Assembly (NCBI RefSeq): GCF_964355755.1
Contig: NC_092670.1
Span: forward strand, 35,762,388-35,826,387
Direction: 5' to 3'
DNA length: 64,000 bases
From: Antedon mediterranea
Taxonomy: Eukaryota; Animalia; Echinodermata
Positions 1 to 12,600 of this stretch are shown piece by piece. Numbering within the stretch: position 1 is the stretch's first letter; each line of letters starts with the position of its first letter. Below the pieces are notes generated by a model. That model had not been told where the DNA came from, searched no databases, and worked only from the letters and a program-made list of their open reading frames with translations. The translations under genes were made by a program, and so were the position numbers.

Positions 1-452
1 AGGAAAATGAATTAACATTGCACCAAAGGATGTCTGAAGTTTAGTTAAGTATTTTTTTTTTATTTCATTTACGAGACATAAGTGATGCCAAAAATAAACC
101 AGTAGTGAAGCTTTCCATTGGTTGATACTATAGGCCTGTAATAGGCTAGGTCAAAGGAAACCATCTGATTGGCTGGTCCCTGTTTTATAAAAGTGAAGTG
201 ACTTACTACTACCTGAAATCTAAAAACGCTGGGAAAATCCCTACTCTTGTACAGCCTGTAGCCTACACACTGACCCTGCTTTATAATAGGCTTTATTAAA
301 ACAAAAAACCTGTTCAATCGATAAACAGCTATTATACAGTTCAGAATAACAAGGATATATTTAGGGCACCATGTTTTTAAAAACTTGCATAAGCCCTATC
401 CTGAAAACCTTATTTATAACTGAGTTTTACTTTAATCTCTATTTAAAACTAA

Positions 453-640
453 GGGCCTATTTCTGATGCATTCTTAATGGTAAAAAAATTCTCCATTATA
501 TAGAATCTACAGAATCTCTACAGTGACCTGTTTCTGCTGCAATTAATTTATAAAGCTGTTCAGACAGAGTTATTTACCAGAGTAAGTTGTAACCGAGAAA
601 ACAACTGTTATGTTAATATTGTTGGCGGCAGAAACAGGCC
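453..640. mobile_element. Short MITE, probably PIF/Harbinger type
   Basis: Imperfect terminal inverted repeats GGCCTATTTCTG ... CAGAAACAGGCC, with TAA next to both ends. Confidence 0.4.
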
Positions 641-671
641 ATAAGAGCCAAAAAAAAAAGAACATAATTAC

Positions 672-3600
672 TTTAAGCATATTGTAGTTTGATGTTCTGG
701 TTACAAAGCTGTTCCAGTCAGCAATTGCTTTCTCCTTCTGTTTGTGGTTTTCACGGATCTAAAGAAGAAGATTTAGAGAGATAATTACAAGTACACAGTG
801 TTGTATTATCAACAACCATACAGTTGGCAATCTTAATCCCAACCTGCCTCAACTACCTGTTAATAGTGTATGATTTAAGTGTTGACCATTATCTAATACT
901 GTAAATGGACAGTTATTAATTCTTATTCTATAGAAAAGGAACAGTAGACTAATCTCCCCCTAATCTACTAGATTATCAACAGGATCTTAAACTTGATCCT
1001 AATCTCTTGTGCTGTATTAAGATGTTCCATTTTGAAATGAGTAATGATCTTTCCTTCCCTAGTTTACCAAAATGTACTAACAATGTCGGTTGTGGCAATT
1101 TTATTATTTCTTTTTTCATTCTTGCAAGTTGTCTCATATTTTATTTACACATTGTAATAATTCAGAATTATAGATTCAAATTTTCTTTTAATATAGTACA
1201 CCTTCTGTATACAACACTATATCATGTTGAAGGAATACATACCTGTATACCACTCTGAGGAATATATACCTGTATATCACTCTGAGGAATATATACCTGT
1301 ATATCACTCTGAGGAATATATACCTGTATATCACTCTGAGGAATATATACCTGTATATCACTCTGAGGAATATATACCTGTATATCACTCTGAGGAATAT
1401 ATACCTGCATATCACTCTGAGGAATATATACCTGTATATCTCTCTGAGGAATATATACCTGTATATCACTCTGAGGAATATATTTACTATATATTCACCT
1501 GTATATCACTCTGAGGAATATATACCTGTATATTTCTCTGACATGATATATAGTGTATGTAAGATGAGGTTATTAAGATGTAAGTACTACTAGTTTACTA
1601 CAATGGCATGGTAGATATATGCAGTGTATATTAAAACAATTAATAACTAGATTTAATTCGTCATTATGACGAATTATAGGTTATATGCATTGATTTGAAT
1701 AAAGATAATTGACTTTTAAAAGATATATTGATTGATTGATTTTGTCAGAATCTTTAATTATTTATAATATATGATAGGACCTTGCTAACGCGACCACCAT
1801 AGCCGGTATCACAATCCGATCAAAGATCCATATGCGTATAATGTCATAAACCACATTTGTTGTTACATACTAATAAAGACATAAGTTAATTTTTATCTAG
1901 ATTTCATTATAAATCATGTGTATAATCTATACACTAAGAAATAAATTTGAACAAACAATACGGATAATAAAAAAAAAATCTTATTTCGTTTCCCGAGGTG
2001 AGACTCGATCTCGGTACATTGAATGCCATAGACACGAGCACAGACCATCGAGCCATACACAACTGACTAAAAGTTGTAGAAAAATTCCTCCGTGTATTTA
2101 CTATGCAGTAACCAGTTTGGTGCAAATAGATTATTACATACCGCAATGAATTATAATTTTTTACTATGATGACATCTTTAAAATGTAAACAAATGATGCA
2201 CTGTCAAACTATATACTTTTAACTTTAATATATGAACTTTGGAAGGAAGAAAGTTAATGTTAAGTTTGTTATTTTGGCTTAAGAAAATGTCATAATTTGT
2301 TTGATTGTCAAAATTATTTTTTTTTAATTTAATATGCAATTAATGATGACTTAATCAACTTTTGTTCTCTTAATTTGAAAATAAATCATACATATGATAC
2401 ATACACTTCAAGAAAATGAAATAAAAAATAGGTGTTCCCCTGCATTCTGACGATATATATTAATTTTAAAATTTAGCATATTTTCACCATTTTGTTAACT
2501 TATACGTGCGTAGCCAGTCACTTTTGACGTGCTCGTATAACGCAATTTCGAGTTGAAACGTGAATCAAATATGATGATATTATTAAAGAAAGATTGTAAA
2601 ACAGAAATCGGGCAAAAAGAGGGCGCATCAACGTTTAACGCGCAGTGCGCGTGAAAAAATCGGCGCACTCATGGCAATTTTTTAAACGCTTAAAATTGCC
2701 TGAAACGTACTCTAATTTGATCGAAAATAAATTTTGACAATTTTGAACATTTTAAGCGCGCGTACGCAAGCGTTATATGCGCTACGCACGTAATTGTATT
2801 GCCATATAATGAAATATGACCTGAAATTTATGAGTACCAAATTTTGTTTAATTGTGATTCATGCTTGTGAAGATATGATTACAAACATGATTTTGTAAAA
2901 TCGCGCGTAGACCGCGTAATGTTTGATTGCGCACCGTGAAAACATAACCACATCGATTCCTGGCCATAAGGAATACACTCTGAAAAATTGACTTAGTTAC
3001 ATGAAACTGATATCAAGATAATTGACGGACAAATAGTGCTAAGGAAAGAATAAATAAATAAAGAAATAAATAAAGATTTTGACAGAATCAAGAGGTTATA
3101 TGCATGAATGCATATAACCTAAAAAAACTTGCTGAATAAAAACAAAAATGAGGCTAGCTAATTTCAAAGTAAAAGCAAATGACAATTAAAAAGCAAAAAA
3201 AAAGAAACACCTTCAAAACAAATAGATCAAATTAGGCCATTAATTGAATAATTAATGGGATAATTAGATGAGAATGCCTATCTATTGAGAATTTTATAAA
3301 CTGTGATTTTATTAAGTGATTTACTAACTGTAATTTATTCCTTAATTGAAGTACAATGTCAATGTCATAGAGGTGATAAACAAGTTTAGTAGGTTATTAC
3401 CACTTTGGTTATTAGGCCTTGTCAACTTTTAATACCAAATAGACTACTTGTTCAGATTAAAAAAAAAACCAGCTGGCCATTCTAGGAATTCTGGAAGAAA
3501 GGCTGGGTATATAGACATTTTTACTAAATATAGTATTCTTTGTTAAGAGCTACTATTTTGGGCTAATAGCTACTGATTGGGCTAAGACTGAGCTACTGAT

Positions 3601-6600
3601 TGGACACGAGTCCTTCTAGAAGCTGGAGGGTCACTCATGGTAAATAGCGGTATCTCTACTCTGGACCATTCTCAGCTATCCACTTCCATGTGTTGTTTAT
3701 TTTTTTATGTCACTGTTTTACTGAAATAAAATGAAGTAAATAAACATGTACCTCAGCATATTTGTCCTGTTCGTCTATCAGATCCTGCTCGTGTTGTGAT
3801 TCTAGGAGTTCTTCTTGTGATTCTATCACAGCATTTACCCTCTCTGTAGCAGCCCGTGACATCACCTCCATTGCTTCCTAATGTTTGTTAGGAAAGACAG
3901 AAAGTGATTAAAAAAGATCACCTGATAAATATGGTTCCCATTGTTTTTTTGCTATTATATAAATTTTTAAAAACTAAATGTTGTTAACAAGAAGCTTTCA
4001 TTGTTTTTTTCCTTCTATTTATTTAATTTTTAAAAAACTAAACAAAGAAGCTTATAAATGTACAGTCTACTGTATGTAGATATCGGACACACAGGAATTA
4101 AACACAGTACCTAGGGATTGGTACGATTTAGGATTCTTTATTTGTCTAGAAATTTAAAAGGATTTTTCAATGGCAATACATATTAATATATTAAAGTACA
4201 TGAACCCAGCGAAATAGCCTATATTTAATAAATTTTTTATAAAAAAGTGTGTTGTGTGTTTTGCTGTTATTATACTATTTATTGTGTTGAGGCATGTTAA
4301 CCACCAGGACAGTACTACGTTTGTAATAAAAGGATGCAATGTTAGTATTTATGGCGAGGACCACTGAAGGTTCAATTTTAATTAGAGGATGTTTAATAGG
4401 ACATTCAATGAATTAGAACTCTGTTTAAAAATATTTCATCAACCTGCCATTTTCAATGCCACATTATTAATTACAGTACCTTTAAATTTATAGAAAACGT
4501 ATTTAACTCCTACTAGGGGGCACCTTCAGAACCCACCAAAGTGTCCTCTAAATTGGGGTTTCCTGTGAAAACATGGGTTGGCTATTGTGTTAAAAAAATT
4601 ACTCTTATTTGTATCACAGGAAAGTGTCCCCTTAATAGAGGTGTACTTTGAAAAGGTAGTCTAACAACAGGACACTGAGTTAACCTTACCAAGACAGGAA
4701 CTGAACTCATAACAGTCCTTTGATCTTATGTCTGGCTGTGACAAATACCAACAGTACTGTACTATGTATGTATTCTCCGTGCTGTTTGTGTCACAGCCAC
4801 AGATAAACCCTTTGATCTCCGGAGGTTTTTTGGTAAGCTCATAAACTCATAATACATTTTTTATATTTGGAGGAAGGAGGAATACTAACTTGATCTGGTG
4901 TAACTGGTCGAATGCCTTCTTGATTCAACTCTGTCACAACCTCATCCCATACCTCACCAGCCTTAAGTTCTAAGTACTTCTCAATAATACTAAGAGTAAC
5001 TAAGTCATTAGTGGAGAGCCCTGGTAGGTCTGCAAACCCTATAAATAAAAGACCAAGTTAATTTTGAAATTACCAACTTTTGTTTATTATGTATATTCGA
5101 GTTGAGTGGCCGAGAGGTTAAGGCAGAGGCGCCGCCGCAAACCATAGCTATACAATCAGCACAGGTTCAAGTCACTCCTCAACCATTGTTTTGGTAGTAG
5201 AACAAGTCTTCTCGGATAAGGACTTAAAGCTGGAGGCCCAGTGTACACATCTGGCTTGTGTGCACTTTAAAGAACCCAGACATCTTTCGGAGGAGTAGGG
5301 GGTTACCCCGGTTTACTGGTCCATTCAGCCCCCGTCAGTGGTGGCAGCACTCAACACCCTTAGAGGAGTAGAAAGTTGTGCTATGTGTCATCCACATCTG
5401 TGCGCAATTCAGTACAGTAAGCTGCAAGTCTCAGGTTATTCCTCCATTTAAATTTACATACAGTATTTATGATATTATAGTGAACACTATAATCTTTCTA
5501 TATTAATAATGATTTTTTTTTCTTTTGTGATCCATTTCAAGGAATGACACTGACAACACCCTAATAAAAGTTTGCATAGAAATAATCTAAACTTTGAAAA
5601 CTTAGATATTAGAAAATTATGGTTTAGAACATTTGAACACCCTTTTATGCTTTTCAGAAACTCATGTTTAAATCAATTAATTTTGTCTATTGTAAAATCT
5701 TGAAACCATATTGTAATTCTTGTTTATCATTGCAAAAGTGATTCATTGGGTCAAAAAAGGTTACAAAAAAAAAACAATCAACAGTTAAACCGCAATATTA
5801 GTTTGGTGGAAGGAAGTGATATAGAGCTATAATACTGACACTGTTTTTTATTCTTGTTTATTGACGCTCATGGGGTGATACCCTTTCTGTTGTTCACCTG
5901 TAAGTGGATTATATATAAAAGGGAAAAAAACCGTTGTGAAAGTGAAAGATTATTTTTTTTTTCGTTTTTTTTTTCTAACTAAGGAAATAATTGACTACAA
6001 AATGGCCTATTCAAAGTTTGATTTAATTAATCTACAGTTTCGGCAACAATACATCTTAAGGAAGTCATACTAGGCTAAATAAAGACTGGAATCTGTTTTT
6101 TTCATTTAGTATACAGTATGGTATTGATATTCTTTTTGTTATTTAATTCTAATATCAGGTAAACCATCTATCAATCAACTAATCAACTTTATAACAACCT
6201 TTAACTTTAATTTTTGATCTCATGAACTTTATTGCGGGGTTCAGCAAACTTAAATATTTACTTGACAATCAATTAAGCCATCAGTAAATTTCTTAAAACC
6301 ACAAATAAGATAATGTTCAAAATAATATTGTTTTATTTCAAGTTATTATACTCAGTTTTGGCAAATTGTCAATAATAGCCGAAAACGAGTTCATTCACTG
6401 TCCTTCTTAAAGGTGCGAACCCTGTTCAACTGAACACAAAATGGTGTAAACAACGTCTTTAATGTATTCTTATTATAATTGTATAACTCTTTTCAATTTC
6501 CATTTTTGGTGAGCCACTTGACAGTTGGCTTTTTGGTTAACCAGAGTCTATTGGATTTTGAACTCTTTTCTTTTGCTTTTTTGTTTTGTTATGTATTTGT

Positions 6601-9600
6601 TCTTTTCTGACAAAATAAATGAAATAGGATTTGAGTTGTTTCTTAGACCGCAAAGAAAATAAATCTTAATTAATCAGTTTCAATTTAGAAATATGTTTAT
6701 TAACCTAATAGCAATTTAGCCATACCTACCTTTTTGAGAAACTGCATCTTTGACTTAATAATAAAACTAATTTACTACATCTCACTTGGCATAATGAATT
6801 AAAAAATGTTGTCAATTAATTGTTAATAATGCTTACCAATCTTACAGAAGAGAGAGTAAATCTTCGCACGTAAGTTCTCAAACACGTCTAGTATAGCTCT
6901 GCTAGAAGAATCAGCTGGCTGTGACTGAACGCCATCTTCAGATTGTAGAGCACCCATTAAGGGGTTGACAGAGTCTACACAAATTAAAGTTTTGTTAATC
7001 TTAATAAAAAGGGAATGATACTGTATTATGAGCATTTAACATAATTACTATACTTTGTGTTTACACCTACTACACTAATCTACCATGATACAGTGTCATA
7101 TATATATCACATGTGATAATGCCCAACATAAACCTTAATATGATGCAGGCGCCACATGTGATACATATGTGACCAGTGAAAAACAGAGAATTAATGCAGT
7201 GATGGATATAATATTAATAATGCCTTATTGGAGATACAGTAGGAAATTGGTTACTGCAGTATCAGTGCTAAAGTGCTATAGTCTAACTTAGTACATTAAA
7301 GCTTTCCCTGTAAAGTAACGGAATTTGAATATTATTTATATACATACATTTGTAATTAATTGGCTGAATTAATTAGTGAAATCTAATTTAAGTACAACCT
7401 ACAAACAACTGAACTCTGAACAATGTCTTTACTAAATTGAAACATAATATAATATAAAAAGTAATAACATGTAAAAATAATAGTATTGCCTTGAAAGTTG
7501 ATATCAACAGAAGGTTCTCTGATATCAACACTGTTTTATTTGATAGATGGAATTATAATATTAATTTTAAATACTATTACACCTTCAATGTTATTATACT
7601 CTAATCTTATACTGTATTCCATGAATTCTAAATGTTAAAGGTGATGGGCCTGCATTGAATAACCTACTGTACTGCTTAAACCTGTATCCAACATTTGGTG
7701 AAGGTGCCAAGTGTGTGTACACAGACTGACATTGAATCACTAACTATTAATTTCTTGAAAAAATGTCAAGAATATTGTTTGAAATTATTTGGAATTTGCA
7801 GATGGGCTTTATAAAACAGAAAAAAAAACAGGCCACAGTGTTAGATGTCTAGGCTCTGTCTGCTCTATAAAACAAGTTTGACAAAAAAAGTGTGATGTGC
7901 ACAAAATGGTAGTGATATGACATCATATCCATGTCTATATATGAGCACATCACATTTTGTTGTCACATAAAGTTTGATCACGTAGAAAGAGCTTTAGATA
8001 TTTGTTATCGACTGTTTGGAAATTACATATTTACAATATTGAGAATTTAAATAAACTTATTTTTAATGAATATTTTAATATTCTTATCAGTAAAATATTA
8101 AAAAAATACAATCAAATCTGATTTCATAATCAGATTATGTTGTATTTTGAGCTTCTATTATTGAATGATATAGCCTTGGAATACATAAGTTCAATAAGCT
8201 CTTGTGTGTGTTTTCTCTGAACAAACACCAAGCAAACAAACATGATTTGTTAATCCTAGTACACTTAAACTTCCAAAAAAGTAAAAAAAAAAAAATAAAA
8301 TAGACCTTGTTGAAATACTGTACATCATTATTAGCACAATGCAGTTGGAGAGTAGAAATTTTAACTGATAGGGCACTATAACCACTATTGAACCCTAACA
8401 AACCCTTTGCTGTACTAATTGCTTTTCTATCCAACAGAGACAGTACTAACATTTAGATACTTGCTTACATTAGACCTAGGTAAAAATTATGTGAAGGTAT
8501 TGTCTGGTTGCAGGTAGCCATTGTTGTTAATATCTAAACGTCACCAGGTGGTGATAAACTTAAACGATTCCTTTAACACATTTAGTCATCTTTAATAACA
8601 GATTACCTGCAATGCATCCATTAGCATCCCTCTTTACTCCAATGGCATCTTCCTCTTTTCTCCACACATCAACAAGCAGATTACAAGCTGTTCTGTTCTC
8701 TATACCTCTCCATGCCATCATATGACTGACTGATTTAGGGTTCTCGCAAAGGTCAACAAGACACCCTAAAATCAGGTTGTACATATCAGCTGGACAATTC
8801 TATAATAAAGCAGTTAAATAATAAAGCAGTTATATAATAAAGCAGTTATATAATAAAGCAGTTTATAATAAAGCAGTTATATAATAAAGCAGTTATATAC
8901 TAAAGCAGTTATATAATAAAGCAGTTATATAATAAAGCAGTTACATAATGAAGCAGTTATATAATAAAGCAGTTTATAATAAAGCAGTTATCTAATAAAG
9001 CAGTTTATAATAAAGCAGTTATATAATAAAGCAGTTATATAATAAAGCAGTTATATAATAAAGCAGTTATATAATAAAGCAGTTACATAATGAAGCAGTT
9101 ATATAATAAAGCAGTTATATAATAAAGCAGTTATATAATAAAGCAGTTATATAATAAAGCAGTTATATAATAAAGCAGTTATATAATAAAGCAGTTTATA
9201 ATAAAGCAGTTATATAATAAAGCAGTTATATAATAAAGCAGTTATATAATAAAGCAGTTATCTAATAAAGCAGTTTATAATAAAGCAGTTATATAATAAA
9301 GCAGTTATATAATAAAGCAGTTATATAATAAAGCAGTTATATAATAAAGCAGTTACATAATGAAGCAGTTACATAATAAAGCAGTTACATAATAAAGCAG
9401 TTATATAATAAAGCAGTTATATAATAAAGCAGTTATATAATAAAGCAGTTATCTAATAAAGCAGTTTATAATAAAGCAGTTATATAATAAAGCAGTTATA
9501 TAATAAAGCAGTTATATAATAAAGCAGTTATATAATAAAGCAGTTACATAATGAAGCAGTTACATAATAAAGCAGTTATATAATAAAGCAGTTATATAAT

Positions 9601-12600
9601 AAAGCAGTTATATAATAAAGCAGTTATATAATAAAGCAGTTATCTAATAAAGCAGTTTATAATAAAGCAGTTATATAATAAAGCAGTTATATAATAAAGC
9701 AGTTATATAATAAAGCAGTTATATAATAAAGCAGTTACATAATGAAGCGGTTATATAATAAAGCAGTTATATAATAAAGCAGTTATATAATAAAGCAGTT
9801 ATATAATAAAGCAGTTATATAATAAAGCAGTTATATAATAAAGCAGTTACATAATGAAGCGGTTATATAATAAAGCAGTTTATAATAAAGCAGTTTATAT
9901 AATAAAGCAGTTATATAATAAAGCAGTTATATAATAAAGCATTTATATAATGAAGCATTAATATAATGAAGCAGTTATATAATAAAGCAGTTATATAATA
10001 AAGCAGATTATGTCAATAAGGATATGTTGAATCTTTTATTTGTATTCATTATTTAAAAAAGAGTCAATGCTAATTAAATATTTTTTATGCAAACTTTAGA
10101 AAAAAATTCACCAAATTTGTTTGCTAATGCTTGTGTTAATGATTTTTTTGGGTTTTTGGGTTCGAAATCAATAATAGTTTTAAAACAATTTAGTATTGAT
10201 CAAAATGTAAAGTTGATTTAAGTAGAATTAACCAGCTGCTGCTACTACTCATCAATTGTAACACAAGATGTTCAATTAATTTGAAGTAGATAACGAGGAT
10301 CATCACATTAAAAAAAATGTTTTAAGTAGAGGTGGTAAAATCAAGTGTTTGATAAAAGGGGCGTCAGCTTTCTTGTTGTTTCAAAGCTCTGTCTACACTA
10401 TCAAACTTTATGTGAAAAAAATGTGATTTTCCCATATATGGACATGACGATGTCATATCACTAATATATTTGGGCACATCACTACCATATTTGGGATCAT
10501 CACACTTTTTTTATAGTGCAGATAGAGCTTAACATCATGTTATACAATTAGAAAATGTTCAAATATACTACTTTTCTATAAAGGTCTGTCTACACTATCA
10601 AACTTTATGTGACAAACAAAACGTGATGTGCCCATATATGGACATGATGACATCATATCATATATTATACATTTTGTTGTCACATAAAGTTTGATCATGT
10701 AGAAAGAGCTTTAGATATTTGTTATCGGCTGTTTGGAAATTACATATTTACAATATTGAGAATTTAAATAAACTTATTTTTAATGAATATTTTAATATTG
10801 ATAGTGTAGACATCATATCACTACCATATATGGTCACATCATACCTTTTTGTCAAACTAGTTTGATAGTGTAGACAGAGCTTTAAACTCTTCCAAAACTT
10901 TCTGACATAATCTCAAACCTGAATTTCATTCATGGTCACAATGGTAAAATTTCATTGTAAACCCCACCTTCCACAAACCCAACGAAGCATATTAATGTGA
11001 GACCTACAGTAGCTGTACTTTATACAGGCATGATATAAGGAACTACGGAAACTGGAAGTTATATAGTTTTATATTTCCCATAATCAAGTTTCGATCTATC
11101 CAAATATTTATTTCAAGCGACAGAACAAAAAACCAAAAAAAGTTTAATATAATATGAAATAAATGTTTAACCTAAATAGTGGAATACTGAAACAAATTAA
11201 AATAATAACTATACAAAATATTTTTAAGGTAAACATCCTAATTTACCAATAGGTAAATATTATATTGAATATTTAATACAAGTAGATAGTGTAGGCCTAT
11301 ACAGTAGGTTTTAATGTGTCTTACAAAATATCTAAACAGCTCATTCATGTTCAGAAATACGAGACTCACCTAATTCTTAAATAAGGTATCATAGAGAAAA
11401 TATAGTTCACTATAATATCTCTATGGTAATATTCATAACTTATATTATTTCTCTTACCTGTAGTAAATTCAAAAGAAGAAAGACGCCCTCTCCAGCCAAG
11501 TATACATCTTCATTGATGCTGCTGCCAATGACGCAGGACCAGATGCAGTCAACGCATGCTACCATAAGGCGATGGTGACCTAGGCCATTGCAGACCTTCT
11601 TGGCATTTACTTGCAGGTATTGTACAACAGCTTCTACTCCTTTGCTTCCAAATAATTCCTGTTAAAAAGTGAGGACAAAAAATTGAAATTGCTTTACGTT
11701 TTGATGAAAATTTGTTGTGTATGTGCATACAAGACAAACAGGATTGGGGTGCCAGTAGTGTTAACTGCTCGACCTTATCCACCCACACTGAGATTAAATT
11801 AATCATTTTTTACTGAAAATCTCAAAGAAAATCTATATCATATATATTTAAAATTCCCAGAAATCTTAAACATTAATCATTTTTAAAGATAGTATTGCTT
11901 TAATAGTCAATTGCTTTATTTACTAACCTTTCGATGAAGCTCGCCCTCACAAAGAGCAGAAAGAATAAACAACATATCGCACTGCATCTCAACGTCCACT
12001 TCATCATCCGGAAATGTTGATTTACTGGCGCTACTTAAGATATCTAAAAAGAAATCAAATTCATTAAAAAAAATATTAAAAATATTTATATAATATAGTT
12101 GATTTCTTGGAGTTGTTGAATTAACGTTTGTAATCAGTGCAAGCTTGGTGGTCTAGAGCAGTGTTCCACAAACTTTTTATTTCGCAGCCTAAAATCCTCT
12201 TCCTGGAAACCTACCTACCTACTAACTACCCAACTAGACAAATTAAATGAAGGTAATAAGAGTCTGTCACATCACAGCCCCACCATGGCTGGGGCTGAGG
12301 AAAAGAAAGAAACTTGTAGGAATATTGCATTTTATTTTTTGGAGGGTAAACATTTGGTTGATCCACCACTGAAAAAATTTCCCCTTTATAATGTACATGA
12401 TACAATTGTCACTGTGTCAATGTCAGTTACCAAATAAGGAAAAACATCTGACTAATTAATTGTTACATACATTACAGTAGATAGAAATTTACCAAGTATT
12501 AAAATGTTCATGATGTTAGTACTCAGATTTTACATGGAGAGGGAAACTTTTGTAAAGTAGTATTTGATTTGAAAAATTCATCCTGACAGATGATTAATTT

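Noticed and set aside
1188-1514. Repetitive ORFs (YHSEEYIPV / RYIFLRVIY)
   Set aside because: Translations of a 27-bp intronic minisatellite, open on both strands; no evidence of coding
5097-5185. tRNA gene
   Set aside because: A and B boxes are present but there is no convincing cloverleaf, and it continues into a SINE body
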